DNA of 64,000 nucleotides from Candidatus Doudnabacteria bacterium. Its GTDB lineage: Bacteria > Patescibacteriota > Doudnabacteria > UBA920 > VMFF01. The notes below the pieces were generated by a model. The model was given only the letters and a program-made list of their open reading frames with translations, was not told where the DNA came from and made no database searches. The stretch lies in NCBI GenBank assembly GCA_963840645.1, contig CAWIZL010000002.1, positions 81,663-145,662 of the forward strand. Reading direction: 5' to 3'. The position numbers and the translations under genes are program-made. Positions 55,172 to 64,000 of the stretch are shown here, piece by piece. How positions within the stretch are numbered: position 1 is the first letter of the stretch; every line of letters begins with the position of its first letter.

Positions 55172-57133
55172 ATGGCATTTGGAGACCCAATAGAGAATTC
55201 GCCTGAACACCAGCCAGCAGCAACTGAGACTAAAGAAGCTCACGCAGAGCGACTTAATAGCACGATAGAAAATCTTGTGTCCAATTACATCCCCGAACAG
55301 GACTACGCGGCTATTGCTGCTGAGAGAGCTGGGACTACGGTGGATAAACTGCCAGAAGAGTGGCGAGGCTGGGTTGGCTCGCAACAGCTTAACCAGATGT
55401 TCTCGAAGGATGCTATTTGCAGGAGGATTTCTCAGGCTGGCATCGATGAGAAAGATTTGCCGCAGTACGTTGAAAAGGTCTTCGCTTTTCAAGATGAGCT
55501 GTCAAAGATTGAACCAGAAGAATCAGAGGACATTAACAGCATGCGGTACGCGGCAGAGTTTATCATTGATTCGTCCGAATCCGTGCAGGATATTGAGCTG
55601 TGGGGCAAGGTGCTACAGGAATGGAAGCAGCTAATACCCGAAGATGCCACGGTGGAAGAGAGAAAGAAAAAGATAGGTGATTTAACCTATTTCATTAAAG
55701 AGATGTCGGGGAGTGGTCGCAGCCCTAAGCCGCCTCGCCGAACACAAGAAGAGGTAGAAGCGCAGCTTGTGGTATACAAGGAAGTAAAAAACTACCTTTA
55801 CCATCTGCCAGAAGATACCGCTAAAAACCCAGCGGTTGTTGAGCTTCAGTCAATGTATTTTAATCTCGGGGTAATCTGGCATGACCCTGAACAATCAAAG
55901 TTGTTTTTTGAGCTTTTTGAAGACACACAACAGGAGACAAGGGTAGAGGTTGTGGCAAAATTTCTGCACGCCGTTGCCCGCTATGGTTCTCACCACAAAC
56001 TAACGCCACAGTCACTTCAGGGTTTTGAAGAGAAATTACTACCAGCTATAGAACATGGCGAGCCTCAGGTGGCGGTATTGCAGGAGGCGGGCAACGTTTG
56101 GGGAATGGCGAAGGGCGACTACGGCATCGGCGACTTTACGGTTGGGTGCTATGCGTTGGAAGTCAGCCCTAAGAACATCAATCAGCTGCTAATGGCTCTG
56201 CGAGAAGTCCCAACTACTAATGTCGCTAGGCTTGAGCAAAACAGGAGAGATGCCTTTCGAACACCGTTTGGGTCGTTCAGAGACTTCATCCACGACCAGC
56301 GTCCTTTGGTGCGCGAGGTGGTGCAGGCGATGGTTAGGTACTACGAAACTGGCGATAGGGCTGATTTAGAGGTGTTGCTTCCCAAAACAGAGGGCTACTT
56401 GGGCACGCAGGAACGTCAAGCGCAAATTTACGACTTGGCCAATTATGACAAAGAGGTTGAGGCAGACGTGTACGGGAAAAAGGTGAACGAAAAGGTCATC
56501 GATGTGCTGCGAAGGTTAGAGGAGAACACCAAAATTGTGGATGAGCAGCCGCCAGTTACTTCCAACGTCGAGTTAAACCAGTGTCTGCAAGACTTCCAGC
56601 GTGAAGACGTTCAGGCAACACAGGTTTTGCAGCGGGCATTAGATGCATTAAATATTGAACTAGAGGAAGCAATAAAAAATAGCGCAGTTGGCATCGAGCC
56701 TAATACTATTTTAGCCATAGCGTGGCTAGAGCGAAAGGGGTTTGAGGCACTGCAAGGTTTGGATTACGAAAGCCAGCAGAGTGCATATACAAAGCCTTGG
56801 TTCCACGCCCTGTTAAAATTCCAAGAGCTAACTGCTTCAGGGCAACCGTACAACGCCGAAGAGTTTAACAAGTTCATTGCCAAGCTATCAAGGACAAAGG
56901 ATTTGAAAGAGGCTTACAAGGCCGTGATGGCCAGAACGCTTAGTCGGGTAAGTGAGCTGGCGAAGGTGTACAGCAAAACTTCCAAGTCTCATATTAGTGG
57001 TGCTCTTTGGTCTGGCAACATCGCCCACGAGCTGACCGCACTTACCGACCTAAGGCCAGCAACCACGGCTTACGGCGAAAAGCATAAAAAGGAACAGGAA
57101 GTTCCATTTCACTTGAGAAACACTGGGGATTAG
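55172..57133 (+). CDS. hypothetical 653-aa protein
   Basis: Long uninterrupted ORF, acidic and helical. No motif recognised. Confidence 0.6.
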   Translation: MAFGDPIENSPEHQPAATETKEAHAERLNSTIENLVSNYIPEQDYAAIAAERAGTTVDKLPEEWRGWVGSQQLNQMFSKDAICRRISQAGIDEKDLPQYVEKVFAFQDELSKIEPEESEDINSMRYAAEFIIDSSESVQDIELWGKVLQEWKQLIPEDATVEERKKKIGDLTYFIKEMSGSGRSPKPPRRTQEEVEAQLVVYKEVKNYLYHLPEDTAKNPAVVELQSMYFNLGVIWHDPEQSKLFFELFEDTQQETRVEVVAKFLHAVARYGSHHKLTPQSLQGFEEKLLPAIEHGEPQVAVLQEAGNVWGMAKGDYGIGDFTVGCYALEVSPKNINQLLMALREVPTTNVARLEQNRRDAFRTPFGSFRDFIHDQRPLVREVVQAMVRYYETGDRADLEVLLPKTEGYLGTQERQAQIYDLANYDKEVEADVYGKKVNEKVIDVLRRLEENTKIVDEQPPVTSNVELNQCLQDFQREDVQATQVLQRALDALNIELEEAIKNSAVGIEPNTILAIAWLERKGFEALQGLDYESQQSAYTKPWFHALLKFQELTASGQPYNAEEFNKFIAKLSRTKDLKEAYKAVMARTLSRVSELAKVYSKTSKSHISGALWSGNIAHELTALTDLRPATTAYGEKHKKEQEVPFHLRNTGD

Positions 57134-57431
57134 AATCGGTTCAGTAGCTACAGCGGTTTTAGCTTTTAAAAGACGAGATACGCAAAAGCTTGAACGCTGG
57201 AAAATATTTCTAAAGTTTGATATTGTTGTATCGGAATAGCCAGAGTTGGTATTTGTCGGTCTTTGGCTGGCAACAGCGTTGTGTAATAAGTCTCGCCTTA
57301 TGCGGTTAAAAGCGATGCTGGCTTACGGGTCTACCAAGCGTGCTATTCCAATCAAAAGCTCCTCAAAAGGGAGTTTTTAATTAGCTTTACTGCTCATAAC
57401 CTAGGCTTTTTAAGGCGAAAACACTGAATAT

Positions 57432-57460
57432 TTGACAAGATTATAATAGTATGTTAATAT
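57432..57460 (+). promoter_or_regulatory. sigma70-type promoter of the DGR-3 target gene
   Basis: TTGACA (57432-57437), 17 nt, TAATAT (57455-57460), then hairpin TTTACCC/GGGTAAA and an AAGGAGG RBS. Confidence 0.6.
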
Positions 57461-57509
57461 TGATTTACCCTAAATTGGGTAAATCAAACGAAAAAGGAGG
57501 ATGCTGACA

Positions 57510-58175
57510 ATGTCTACATTGCTCACGTCCAAGAAGAACGCTACCGAGGCTCAATTTCGCCGCGTGCGAAACCTGACCCAGGAAGCAATTGAAGCAGCCA
57601 ACCTCGAACAGGCAGGCTTCACCCACGACGATATGCAGGCTATCCATGCCAACGCCGCACCGTACAAGAAGGAGCTTGCGGTCGCCTTCATCGCTTTTCT
57701 CACTAGCTTCACCAAGAAGCTGCTGGGCATCGCAACCCCCGTCCCCGCCGACAAGACCAGCCTGATTCCAAATGGCTGGACTGTCAAAGTCAGGGAGAGC
57801 GTTCCGCAAGACTTTCCCGAAAGCGACGTTGACCTCTCCAAGCTCGACTACTCGCTGTGCCCAGTTCGGGGCAGCGAGGAGCACATCAACGGCACAACGA
57901 TGATGGCACGGGCGAGAGAAGACAAGGCAATCGGCAGCCTCGGCTTAGCGGCTGTGCTCCTCAAGGCTCAGGACGAGGGTAAGGAAATCTTCCCCGTCGA
58001 ATCTCGCGGCAAGCACTATTTCATCATGCCGCTGACTGAGTTGCAGGGCGTCATCGGTTTCGGCTACGTGGCGTACTTCCGCTGGTCTCGCGGGGAGCGG
58101 CGTTGGGTGCTGGGCTTCGGCTGGCTCGGCCGCAGCTTCGTCCGCGACGGCCGCTTCGTTCGCCGCAGCGAGTAG
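57510..58175 (+). CDS. DGR-3 variable (target) protein
   Basis: Start at the ATG 9 nt after GGAGG (ORF track starts at 57501). C-terminal VR ..GVIGFGYVAYFRWSRGERRWVLGFGWLGRSFVRDGRFVRRSE. Confidence 0.85.
   Translation: MSTLLTSKKNATEAQFRRVRNLTQEAIEAANLEQAGFTHDDMQAIHANAAPYKKELAVAFIAFLTSFTKKLLGIATPVPADKTSLIPNGWTVKVRESVPQDFPESDVDLSKLDYSLCPVRGSEEHINGTTMMARAREDKAIGSLGLAAVLLKAQDEGKEIFPVESRGKHYFIMPLTELQGVIGFGYVAYFRWSRGERRWVLGFGWLGRSFVRDGRFVRRSE
58041..58175 (+). repeat. VR3
   Basis: 135-nt ungapped alignment to 58528..58662 (offset 487). 25 mismatches, 24 at TR adenines. Confidence 0.95.
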
Positions 58176-58306
58176 CTCTCGGACACTTGTCACCTTGGTG
58201 CTTTCGGGTTTTGAACCCTTGGCACTGCGCTCTATCCTCACACCTCAGGCTTCGGTCTCTGGTGTGGGGATTTCTTTTTCGAAATTTCTTCTGGTACAAT
58301 TCTTTA

Positions 58307-58696
58307 GGATAGATGCTGCGCCTGCGGTCACGGCTTCATGCAATCTCTCTAGCGATTACTAAAAATCAGGGTATCGGCGGCTACGGTTTCCGATAGAGCA
58401 TTCTTTAGTAACTCTTCAAAAGAAGATACTCGGTGCGAGGTGTTGGCGAGGTTTAATTCCTCCTAACAAAAAGATACAGCTCCAAGAGCACTCAAGGGGC
58501 AGTGGACAGGATGACACCCCGCATATTTTGCAGGACGACAACGGTAACGGCAACGTGGCGTACTTCAACTGGTCTAACGAGAAGCAGCGTTGGGTGCTGG
58601 ACTTCAACTGGCTCGACAACAACTTCAACCGCAACGACCGCTTCGTTCGCCGCAGCGACTAGCTTCTCACTCCTACTTCGGTGGGAGTTTCTTTTG
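58307..58696 (+). ncRNA. predicted stand-alone TR3 RNA
   Basis: Extended -10 TGgTACAAT at 58292-58300. Leader blocks at 58321-58340, 58425-58435 and 58492-58505. TR at 58528-58662. Hairpin ACTCCTAC-TTCG-GTGGGAGT at 58669-58688 followed by TTCTTTTG. Confidence 0.5.
58528..58662 (+). repeat. TR3
   Basis: Reads ..DNGNGNVAYFNWSNEKQRWVLDFNWLDNNFNRNDRFVRRSD in the VR frame. Confidence 0.95.
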
Positions 58697-59012
58697 CGAG
58701 CTGTCTCTGCCAGCCGCCGAGCATTTTTCCCGCTTCTACCAGTGAACTCGAAATTTGCACATACTGCTTATTATCAAGCACCTTTAGCTCCCAAGCCATT
58801 TGCAAAAAATATTTCAGGGTGTCCAGTTTAATGCTGGCCTTTTGAACAATCGGCAGCTTGGTTGCCTTGGCGGCAAATCCTGCCGTGAGAATCAGCTCGA
58901 TGACATCTGTGAACAGTTGGCCTATCTTTTCTCCCAGCGAGTGCTTCGACAGCCGTGGGATGTGCGGCAGCAGGCTGTGCCAGAACTTGTAAGCACCGCC
59001 AACCTCTTGCAA
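58659..59012 (-). CDS. avd: Avd-like DGR accessory protein 3
   Basis: 117-aa ORF from TTG. The frame is open upstream through the C12 tract. The ATGs at 59064 and 59073 are in frame only if the tract is 11 nt. Confidence 0.8.
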   Translation of the reverse strand: MQEVGGAYKFWHSLLPHIPRLSKHSLGEKIGQLFTDVIELILTAGFAAKATKLPIVQKASIKLDTLKYFLQMAWELKVLDNKQYVQISSSLVEAGKMLGGWQRQLAKETPTEVGVRS

Positions 59013-59045
59013 GACAGGGAGGTTGGCTGTGGATAAGTTAGCGTT

Positions 59046-59057
59046 GGGGGGGGGGGG
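59046..59057. repeat. G12/C12 homopolymer
   Basis: Counted directly; TGTGGATAA lies at 59028-59036, 9 nt upstream. Confidence 0.9.
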
Positions 59058-59084
59058 TCTCCATATAAAGCATAAAATTTAAGA

Positions 59085-60101
59085 ATGAAAATTAAATTTG
59101 AAAAAAATTACGAGAGCATCATCTCACTTGAGAATCTATTTTTAGCCTGGCAGGAATTTATTGTGGGCAAAAGAAAGAAACGTGATGTCCAGCAGTTCAG
59201 TTTAAGTTTAACCGATAACCTTGTCCAGCTCAACGCCGAACTCACAGCTCGTTCCTACAAGCACGGCGGCTACAAGGCCTTTAACATTTCTGACCCAAAG
59301 CCACGCAACATACACAAGGCGACTGTTCGAGACAGGGTGCTGCACCATGCTATCTACAGGCAGCTGTACCCTTTCTTTGACCGAACCTTCATTGCCGATT
59401 CATTTTCTTGTCGTTTGGGCAAGGGAGTTCATAAGGCGTTGGGTCGGTTCGAGAGCTTTGCGTTGCAAGTGAGCAGAAACAACACCCGCACTGCTTGGAT
59501 TTTGAAAATGGACGTGAGGAGATTCTTTGCGAGCATTGACCACGAAATCTTGCTAGGCATCTTAGCCGCTCACATACCCGACCAAGACATTCTCTGGCTC
59601 TTGGGGCAGATTATAGAGAGCTTCTCATCTAAACCTGATACAGGGTTGCCCCTCGGCAACTTAACCTCGCAGCTGTTCTGCAACGTGTACCTGAATGAGT
59701 TTGACCAGTTCGTGAAGCACAAGCTCAAGGGTAAATATTACATTCGCTATGCCGACGACCTCGTTCTCTTTTCCGATGACAGGGAGTGGCTGTTGGGTCG
59801 GGTGAGCCTGGTATCTGATTTCTTGGAGCAGCGGCTTTGCCTGTCCTTGCATCCTGACAAACTTTGCTTGAAGAGCCTATCGTCAGGCATGGACTTCTTG
59901 GGATGGGTAAATTTTCCCCACCATCGGGTTCTGCGAACCACAACGCAAAGGCGGGCAATGAAAAGAGTACAGGCTCACCCCACCGATGACACCGTGCAGT
60001 CCTATTTAGGACTGTCAGTCCACGGCAACGCCTTTGATTTTAAGCAGCGAATTTTGAACTGGTATGGGTTGATTTCAGAGAAAGGATATTATAAGAAGTG
60101 A
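59085..60101 (+). CDS. DGR reverse transcriptase 3
   Basis: LPLGNLTSQLFCNVYLN, YIRYADDLVL. Confidence 0.9.
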   Translation: MKIKFEKNYESIISLENLFLAWQEFIVGKRKKRDVQQFSLSLTDNLVQLNAELTARSYKHGGYKAFNISDPKPRNIHKATVRDRVLHHAIYRQLYPFFDRTFIADSFSCRLGKGVHKALGRFESFALQVSRNNTRTAWILKMDVRRFFASIDHEILLGILAAHIPDQDILWLLGQIIESFSSKPDTGLPLGNLTSQLFCNVYLNEFDQFVKHKLKGKYYIRYADDLVLFSDDREWLLGRVSLVSDFLEQRLCLSLHPDKLCLKSLSSGMDFLGWVNFPHHRVLRTTTQRRAMKRVQAHPTDDTVQSYLGLSVHGNAFDFKQRILNWYGLISEKGYYKK

Positions 60102-60212
60102 GAATCGTAAGAGGAATTTTTTGAGATAAGACGGGATATGTTGGACTTTACAAATCTTTCTATATGTGGTAATATGTTATGTCCAACTAGGACTTAGGGT
60201 AGAGGAGGCTGT

Positions 60213-60644
60213 ATGAACTTTTTGCACACGGTAGGGATGGAGCTGGAGCAGCTCGACGTGACGAAGCTCTCAAAAGAGCTGGCCGAGCCGCAGTTCCCAG
60301 TCGAGAAGCAGAACGGTGAAAAGATTGTCGGCGAGGTCGAAGAGGACACCCGCAAGCTGTGGATTCTCTACACCGTCTGGGCGAAGCTGTCCATGGAGAC
60401 GGTGGTCGAGGCTCGCTTCTGCGGCAACAAGAAGCAGTCTGCCGAGCTCCTGAACCGTGCCGTTTCCCTGGGGAAGAAATCCGAGCTTCTGTCGGAAATC
60501 TTCTGGGCTTCGGTCAAGGATGCGCTCGACCTGTGGGGGCACAACGGCAGCGTCGGCATTCGAGCTGGCTGGAAGGTGGTCACCACCAACCCTGAAGAGC
60601 CGCCGTTCCTCGCTTCGCTCCGCGACCTGTTCGGCGGGATGTGA
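60213..60644 (+). CDS. hypothetical protein
   Basis: 143 aa. Own extended -10 promoter (TTTACA, 17 nt, TAATAT at 60147-60175), AGGAGG RBS and a downstream terminator. Confidence 0.6.
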   Translation: MNFLHTVGMELEQLDVTKLSKELAEPQFPVEKQNGEKIVGEVEEDTRKLWILYTVWAKLSMETVVEARFCGNKKQSAELLNRAVSLGKKSELLSEIFWASVKDALDLWGHNGSVGIRAGWKVVTTNPEEPPFLASLRDLFGGM

Positions 60645-60659
60645 CATCCAACACCCCGC

Positions 60660-60706
60660 AATCCTTCTGGGTTCACCAATCATCGGTGGACTCGGAAGGA
60701 TTTTTT
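60660..60706 (+). terminator. intrinsic terminator
   Basis: AATCCTTC ... GAAGGATT followed by TTTT. Confidence 0.65.
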
Positions 60707-61038
60707 ACTTGTGGGGTAGAACGGTTAATTTGTAACCCTCTCAAACCTACCTGAGACCCCTCTTGCAGCCTTAACCTGCCATGCGTGCTCTGGGATGTTG
60801 ATGCTGAACTCAAACGGGACAACCCCATATTGATGCCTGGTTGTGTTCACACCATACCGATTTTGAATGACATGGTGGAGCGGTGTTACTGATGTGAGAG
60901 CTTACCTGTGCTCATACCAATTTACAGGAAGAATGAACGAGTGGCAAGGGTTTGGGTCGATTTTGACGAGAACTAGCCGTGGGAGTACAATGCGGGTAAG
61001 GATCCTGGAAACAGGGTTCGGTACACCATACCTAGGAG

Positions 61039-61458
61039 ATGCCGGTGAGTCCAAGACATAGGCAGTGCCAGAAGCGTGGCAACAAGCAGGCCAGGAACAG
61101 CTCAAAAGTGTTCTGGAACAAGCTAAAGCCGCGCAAGAGAAGCGATTTGCTCACGTGCCTTACGTGGAGCCTGAGGGACAAATTGAAGAGAAGCTTCAAG
61201 GATCCCGAAGATGTGATTGGTCGTTTCTCTGAGGGGTTCGCAAAAGGTGTTACCGTGAAGGTGGGCACGTGGGTGATGGAAATTGCGAAAATAACGCCAG
61301 ACCCTAAAGGCGTTTCGCTCCTCATTCGCGTGCAGGGCGGCGCGCCTCACCAGTACCGCTGTCCGGTTGCACGCCTGTCGATGAAGACGGGGAGACAGAC
61401 TGACCGCGCCCAGGAGCGCGAGACAGACCAGCTCATTCGAAGTTTGCTGTATCGGTAA
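61039..61458 (+). CDS. hypothetical protein (weak call)
   Basis: 139-aa ORF followed by hairpin CCCGGCGCA/TGCGCCGGG plus T-run. N-terminal half looks non-coding or frame-shifted. Confidence 0.3.
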   Translation: MPVSPRHRQCQKRGNKQARNSSKVFWNKLKPRKRSDLLTCLTWSLRDKLKRSFKDPEDVIGRFSEGFAKGVTVKVGTWVMEIAKITPDPKGVSLLIRVQGGAPHQYRCPVARLSMKTGRQTDRAQERETDQLIRSLLYR

Positions 61459-61569
61459 AATAAGACTTAAGAGGGAAGTTCGTTTTTTAAGGCCCCGGCG
61501 CACCAACGTTGCTGCGCCGGGTTTTAATTTGCCTACGCACATCGAAGCCGCCAGTGCTATACTTACCCC

Positions 61570-62955
61570 ATGCACATTGACCCAGCTATTTTCAAAGCGT
61601 ACGACATTCGCGGCGTGTACCCTGAGCAGATTGGCGAAGACCAGGCGTATGCGCTCGCGAGAGCTTTTGCCACCTTGCTGCTCGTAGAAAATCCAGGCAA
61701 GCACTTGACCGTGGCTGTTGGCAGCGACATGCGGACGTCGAGCCCAAGCCTGAAGGCGCGCGTGATCGCAGGCATCACCGACAGCGGCGTTGACGTTGCA
61801 GACATTGGCCTTGCGTCAACGCCAACATTTTACTTTGCGGTTGCATACTACAGCTACGATGGCGGCTTGCAAATTTCTGCATCGCACAATCCAAAAGAGT
61901 ACAATGGGCTGAAGCTCGTGCGACGTGGGGGCACGCCTGTGAGCGGTGAGACTGGCATTAAAGAAATGCAAAAGATCTGCGAGGCAGAAAGTTTTGTGCC
62001 AAAAGCTGCTGTGCTTGGCACTGTTAAAACTATTGAAGGCACAGTTAAGGCAGAAGTTGACGAGCAGTCAAAAGGTTTTGACGTTGCTGCCATCAAGCCA
62101 TTTAAAATTGCGTTCGATGGCAGCAACGGCATGGGCAACGTAGACATGGCAGAGCTGTTTGGCAGATTGCCGCAGTGCACAGTTGTGAAAATAAACGAAA
62201 CGCTCGACGGCACGTTCCCAGGACATGCAGCAGACCCAATGGTTGCAGAAAATTCAGCCGAGCTTCGCAGTCTCGTGGTGGCGCAGCACTCCGACCTCGG
62301 CATTATTCCCGACGGCGATGCTGACAGGTACTTTTTCGTAGATGAAAAAGGCGTAATGATTCCGCAGTACATTCTGCGTGCAATCATGGCGTCTATTGAG
62401 CTGCAAGAGCACCCAGGCGCAACTGTTGCGTACGACATCCGCCCAGGTCGCATCACGCGCGACGTCATAGAAAAACTTGGTGGCCATGGAATTGTCACGC
62501 CTGTTGGGCACTCGCTCATCAAAGCGGAGATGCTCGCGCGCGACGCGATTTTTGGCGGTGAGTCTTCTGGCCACTACTACTACAAATTGCCCTACGGCAC
62601 GTTTGAGGCGCCGGTTATGCTCGTGCTCAAGTTTTTGAAGTTCTTGGGCGAGCAGGGCAAGCCGCTGCCAGAGATTGTTGCGCCGTACAGCGTGTACTCA
62701 AACTCTGGAGAAATAAATTTGGCATTGCCGAGCCGCGAAGTCGGCCTTGCGAAAATCGAAGAGGTTAAGGCAAAGTTTGCTGATGGCGTGCAGAGTTTCA
62801 TAGATGGCGTGAGCGTTGAGTACCCAACGTGGTGGTTCAACGTTAGGATGTCCAACACAGAGCCGCTCATCCGTCTGATTGTCGAGGCTGTTGACGCGCA
62901 AACAATGGAGGCAAAAAAACAGCAGCTCTCAGAGCTGCTAGGCCAGGCCAACTAG
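61570..62955 (+). CDS. phosphomannomutase/phosphoglucomutase
   Basis: Active-site ISASHNPKEYNG, GIIPDGDADR metal loop. Confidence 0.9.
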   Translation: MHIDPAIFKAYDIRGVYPEQIGEDQAYALARAFATLLLVENPGKHLTVAVGSDMRTSSPSLKARVIAGITDSGVDVADIGLASTPTFYFAVAYYSYDGGLQISASHNPKEYNGLKLVRRGGTPVSGETGIKEMQKICEAESFVPKAAVLGTVKTIEGTVKAEVDEQSKGFDVAAIKPFKIAFDGSNGMGNVDMAELFGRLPQCTVVKINETLDGTFPGHAADPMVAENSAELRSLVVAQHSDLGIIPDGDADRYFFVDEKGVMIPQYILRAIMASIELQEHPGATVAYDIRPGRITRDVIEKLGGHGIVTPVGHSLIKAEMLARDAIFGGESSGHYYYKLPYGTFEAPVMLVLKFLKFLGEQGKPLPEIVAPYSVYSNSGEINLALPSREVGLAKIEEVKAKFADGVQSFIDGVSVEYPTWWFNVRMSNTEPLIRLIVEAVDAQTMEAKKQQLSELLGQAN

Positions 62956-63273
62956 GTAGACCAGTGCGATTCCGCCAATGAGCACGTAGATAGACCAGTC
63001 GTATAAATTTTTAAGCGAGGCTAGCTGGGCAAGCTGTGCCTCGTCTTTTGTTTGGGCTGCAATGTTGTTGATGACGTCGGTTTGCTTGCAGATTGTGCAG
63101 TGCGTCAGCGTGTGGAATATGCCAAGGTCTGCCAGAAGCTTTGGGTCAACATCCGTGGCAACTTTTTTGAAGTGTCGGGCATGAATATTGTACACAACCC
63201 ACATCACGCCACTAGTAGCAAAGGGGATTAAGTACGCGAGCGCAAAAGATGGATGGTTTCTAAACAAGGCCAA
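62938..63273 (-). CDS. small membrane protein
   Basis: 111-aa ORF with N- and C-terminal TM segments. Confidence 0.5.
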   Translation of the reverse strand: MALFRNHPSFALAYLIPFATSGVMWVVYNIHARHFKKVATDVDPKLLADLGIFHTLTHCTICKQTDVINNIAAQTKDEAQLAQLASLKNLYDWSIYVLIGGIALVYLVGLA

Positions 63274-64000
63274 CGAGCTTTTTTACTTTCAAGAGAGTTT
63301 CACTTGCCACTGCACGGGCTGCTTTTGCGCCATCGCCGAGCACCTGCGCAATCTGCTCTTTATCAGCCAGCAGCTCTGCACGTTTTTCGCGGAACGGCGC
63401 AAAGTGGTCTGAGATCTGCGTTGCCAGAGTTTCCTTCAGCTCAGAAAACTTTATGCTGCCGCCAGCCCGTTCGTCTGTGAAAAATTCAATTTGCTCTGCT
63501 GTGCCAAACTCATTCAGCAGCACGAACAGGTTGTCTACGCCGAGCGATGCGCCTTTCGCATCTGTTGCTGTCACGGCGCGCTTGAGCTTGCGGTGAATTT
63601 CTTCTGGTGAGTCTGCAAGGTTCAGTGGCTCGTCGTGCGTCTTGCTCATTTTCTTTTCTGGGTGGATGAGGCTCTTGATGCGGAGGCGTTTTTCCAGGAG
63701 AGGCTTCGGCTCTGTGAAGGTTCTCCCAAATTTTGCATTGAACCTTCGGGCGAGCGTGCGCGACAGCTCAACGTGCTGGTCTTGGTCTTCGCCAACAGGA
63801 ACAAGCTCAGGGTGGTACAGCAGAATATCAGCTGCCTGTAGCACTGGGTAGGTCAGAAGGCCAGCGTTCACGCTAGTCTGTTTTTCATCGCTAGATTTAT
63901 CTTTGAACTGCGTCATGCGCTGTAGTTCGCCGAGCGGGGTGATGCAATTGAGGATCCACGCGAGCTCAGCATGTTCTGGCACATCTGATTGCGCAAAGAG
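63260..64000 (-). CDS. trpS: tryptophan--tRNA ligase, C-terminal part; gene starts beyond the window end
   Basis: VPVGEDQDQHVELSRTLARRFN and KMSKT motifs. ORF open to the window edge. Confidence 0.85.
   Translation of the reverse strand, partial: LFAQSDVPEHAELAWILNCITPLGELQRMTQFKDKSSDEKQTSVNAGLLTYPVLQAADILLYHPELVPVGEDQDQHVELSRTLARRFNAKFGRTFTEPKPLLEKRLRIKSLIHPEKKMSKTHDEPLNLADSPEEIHRKLKRAVTATDAKGASLGVDNLFVLLNEFGTAEQIEFFTDERAGGSIKFSELKETLATQISDHFAPFREKRAELLADKEQIAQVLGDGAKAARAVASETLLKVKKLVGLV

Larger units (their letters stand above)
57432..60101 (+). other. DGR cassette 3: promoter, target gene with VR, TR unit, avd (opposite strand), RT
   Basis: Best-preserved of the three cassettes. Confidence 0.95.

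Overview
Mid-GC 64-kb window from a streamlined bacterium. Gene content fits a Patescibacteria/CPR-like or Chloroflexi-like lineage, but the taxon cannot be assigned from sequence alone. Core genes: murE (partial), tsaB, two ABC-2 transporter pairs, rpoB-rpoC, valS with a T-box leader, tsaD, a haem operon hemC-hemD-hemQ-hemE-hemH, an ABC exporter, trxB, efp, rpsR-ssb-rpsF, ychF, phosphomannomutase, trpS (partial). The main result is three complete diversity-generating retroelement (DGR) cassettes at 2.9-5.5, 49.5-52.1 and 57.4-60.1 kb. Each has an adenine-biased TR/VR pair that I aligned base by base. All three share one non-canonical layout: target(+), then a stand-alone promoter-leader-TR-hairpin unit(+), then avd on the opposite strand, then RT(+). 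A 10-12 nt G/C homopolymer lies between a conserved upstream ATG and the Avd reading frame, and all three copies come into frame only at tract length 11. Other accessory DNA: an AT-rich cassette region (31.1-37.0 kb) with a Dcm/putative REase pair bounded by 43-nt imperfect palindromes, plus an HNH protein; an integrative element ending in a large serine recombinase gene whose 3' end overlaps tRNA-Glu; a GC-rich IS30-family element inserted upstream of the DGR-2 target; an MNT/HepT pair; and recombinase and nuclease remnants beside a 653-aa orphan. Caveat: more than 25 reading-frame breaks occur in the window, including in rpoB, rpoC and trxB. Indel-type consensus errors are therefore likely, and homopolymer lengths are uncertain.
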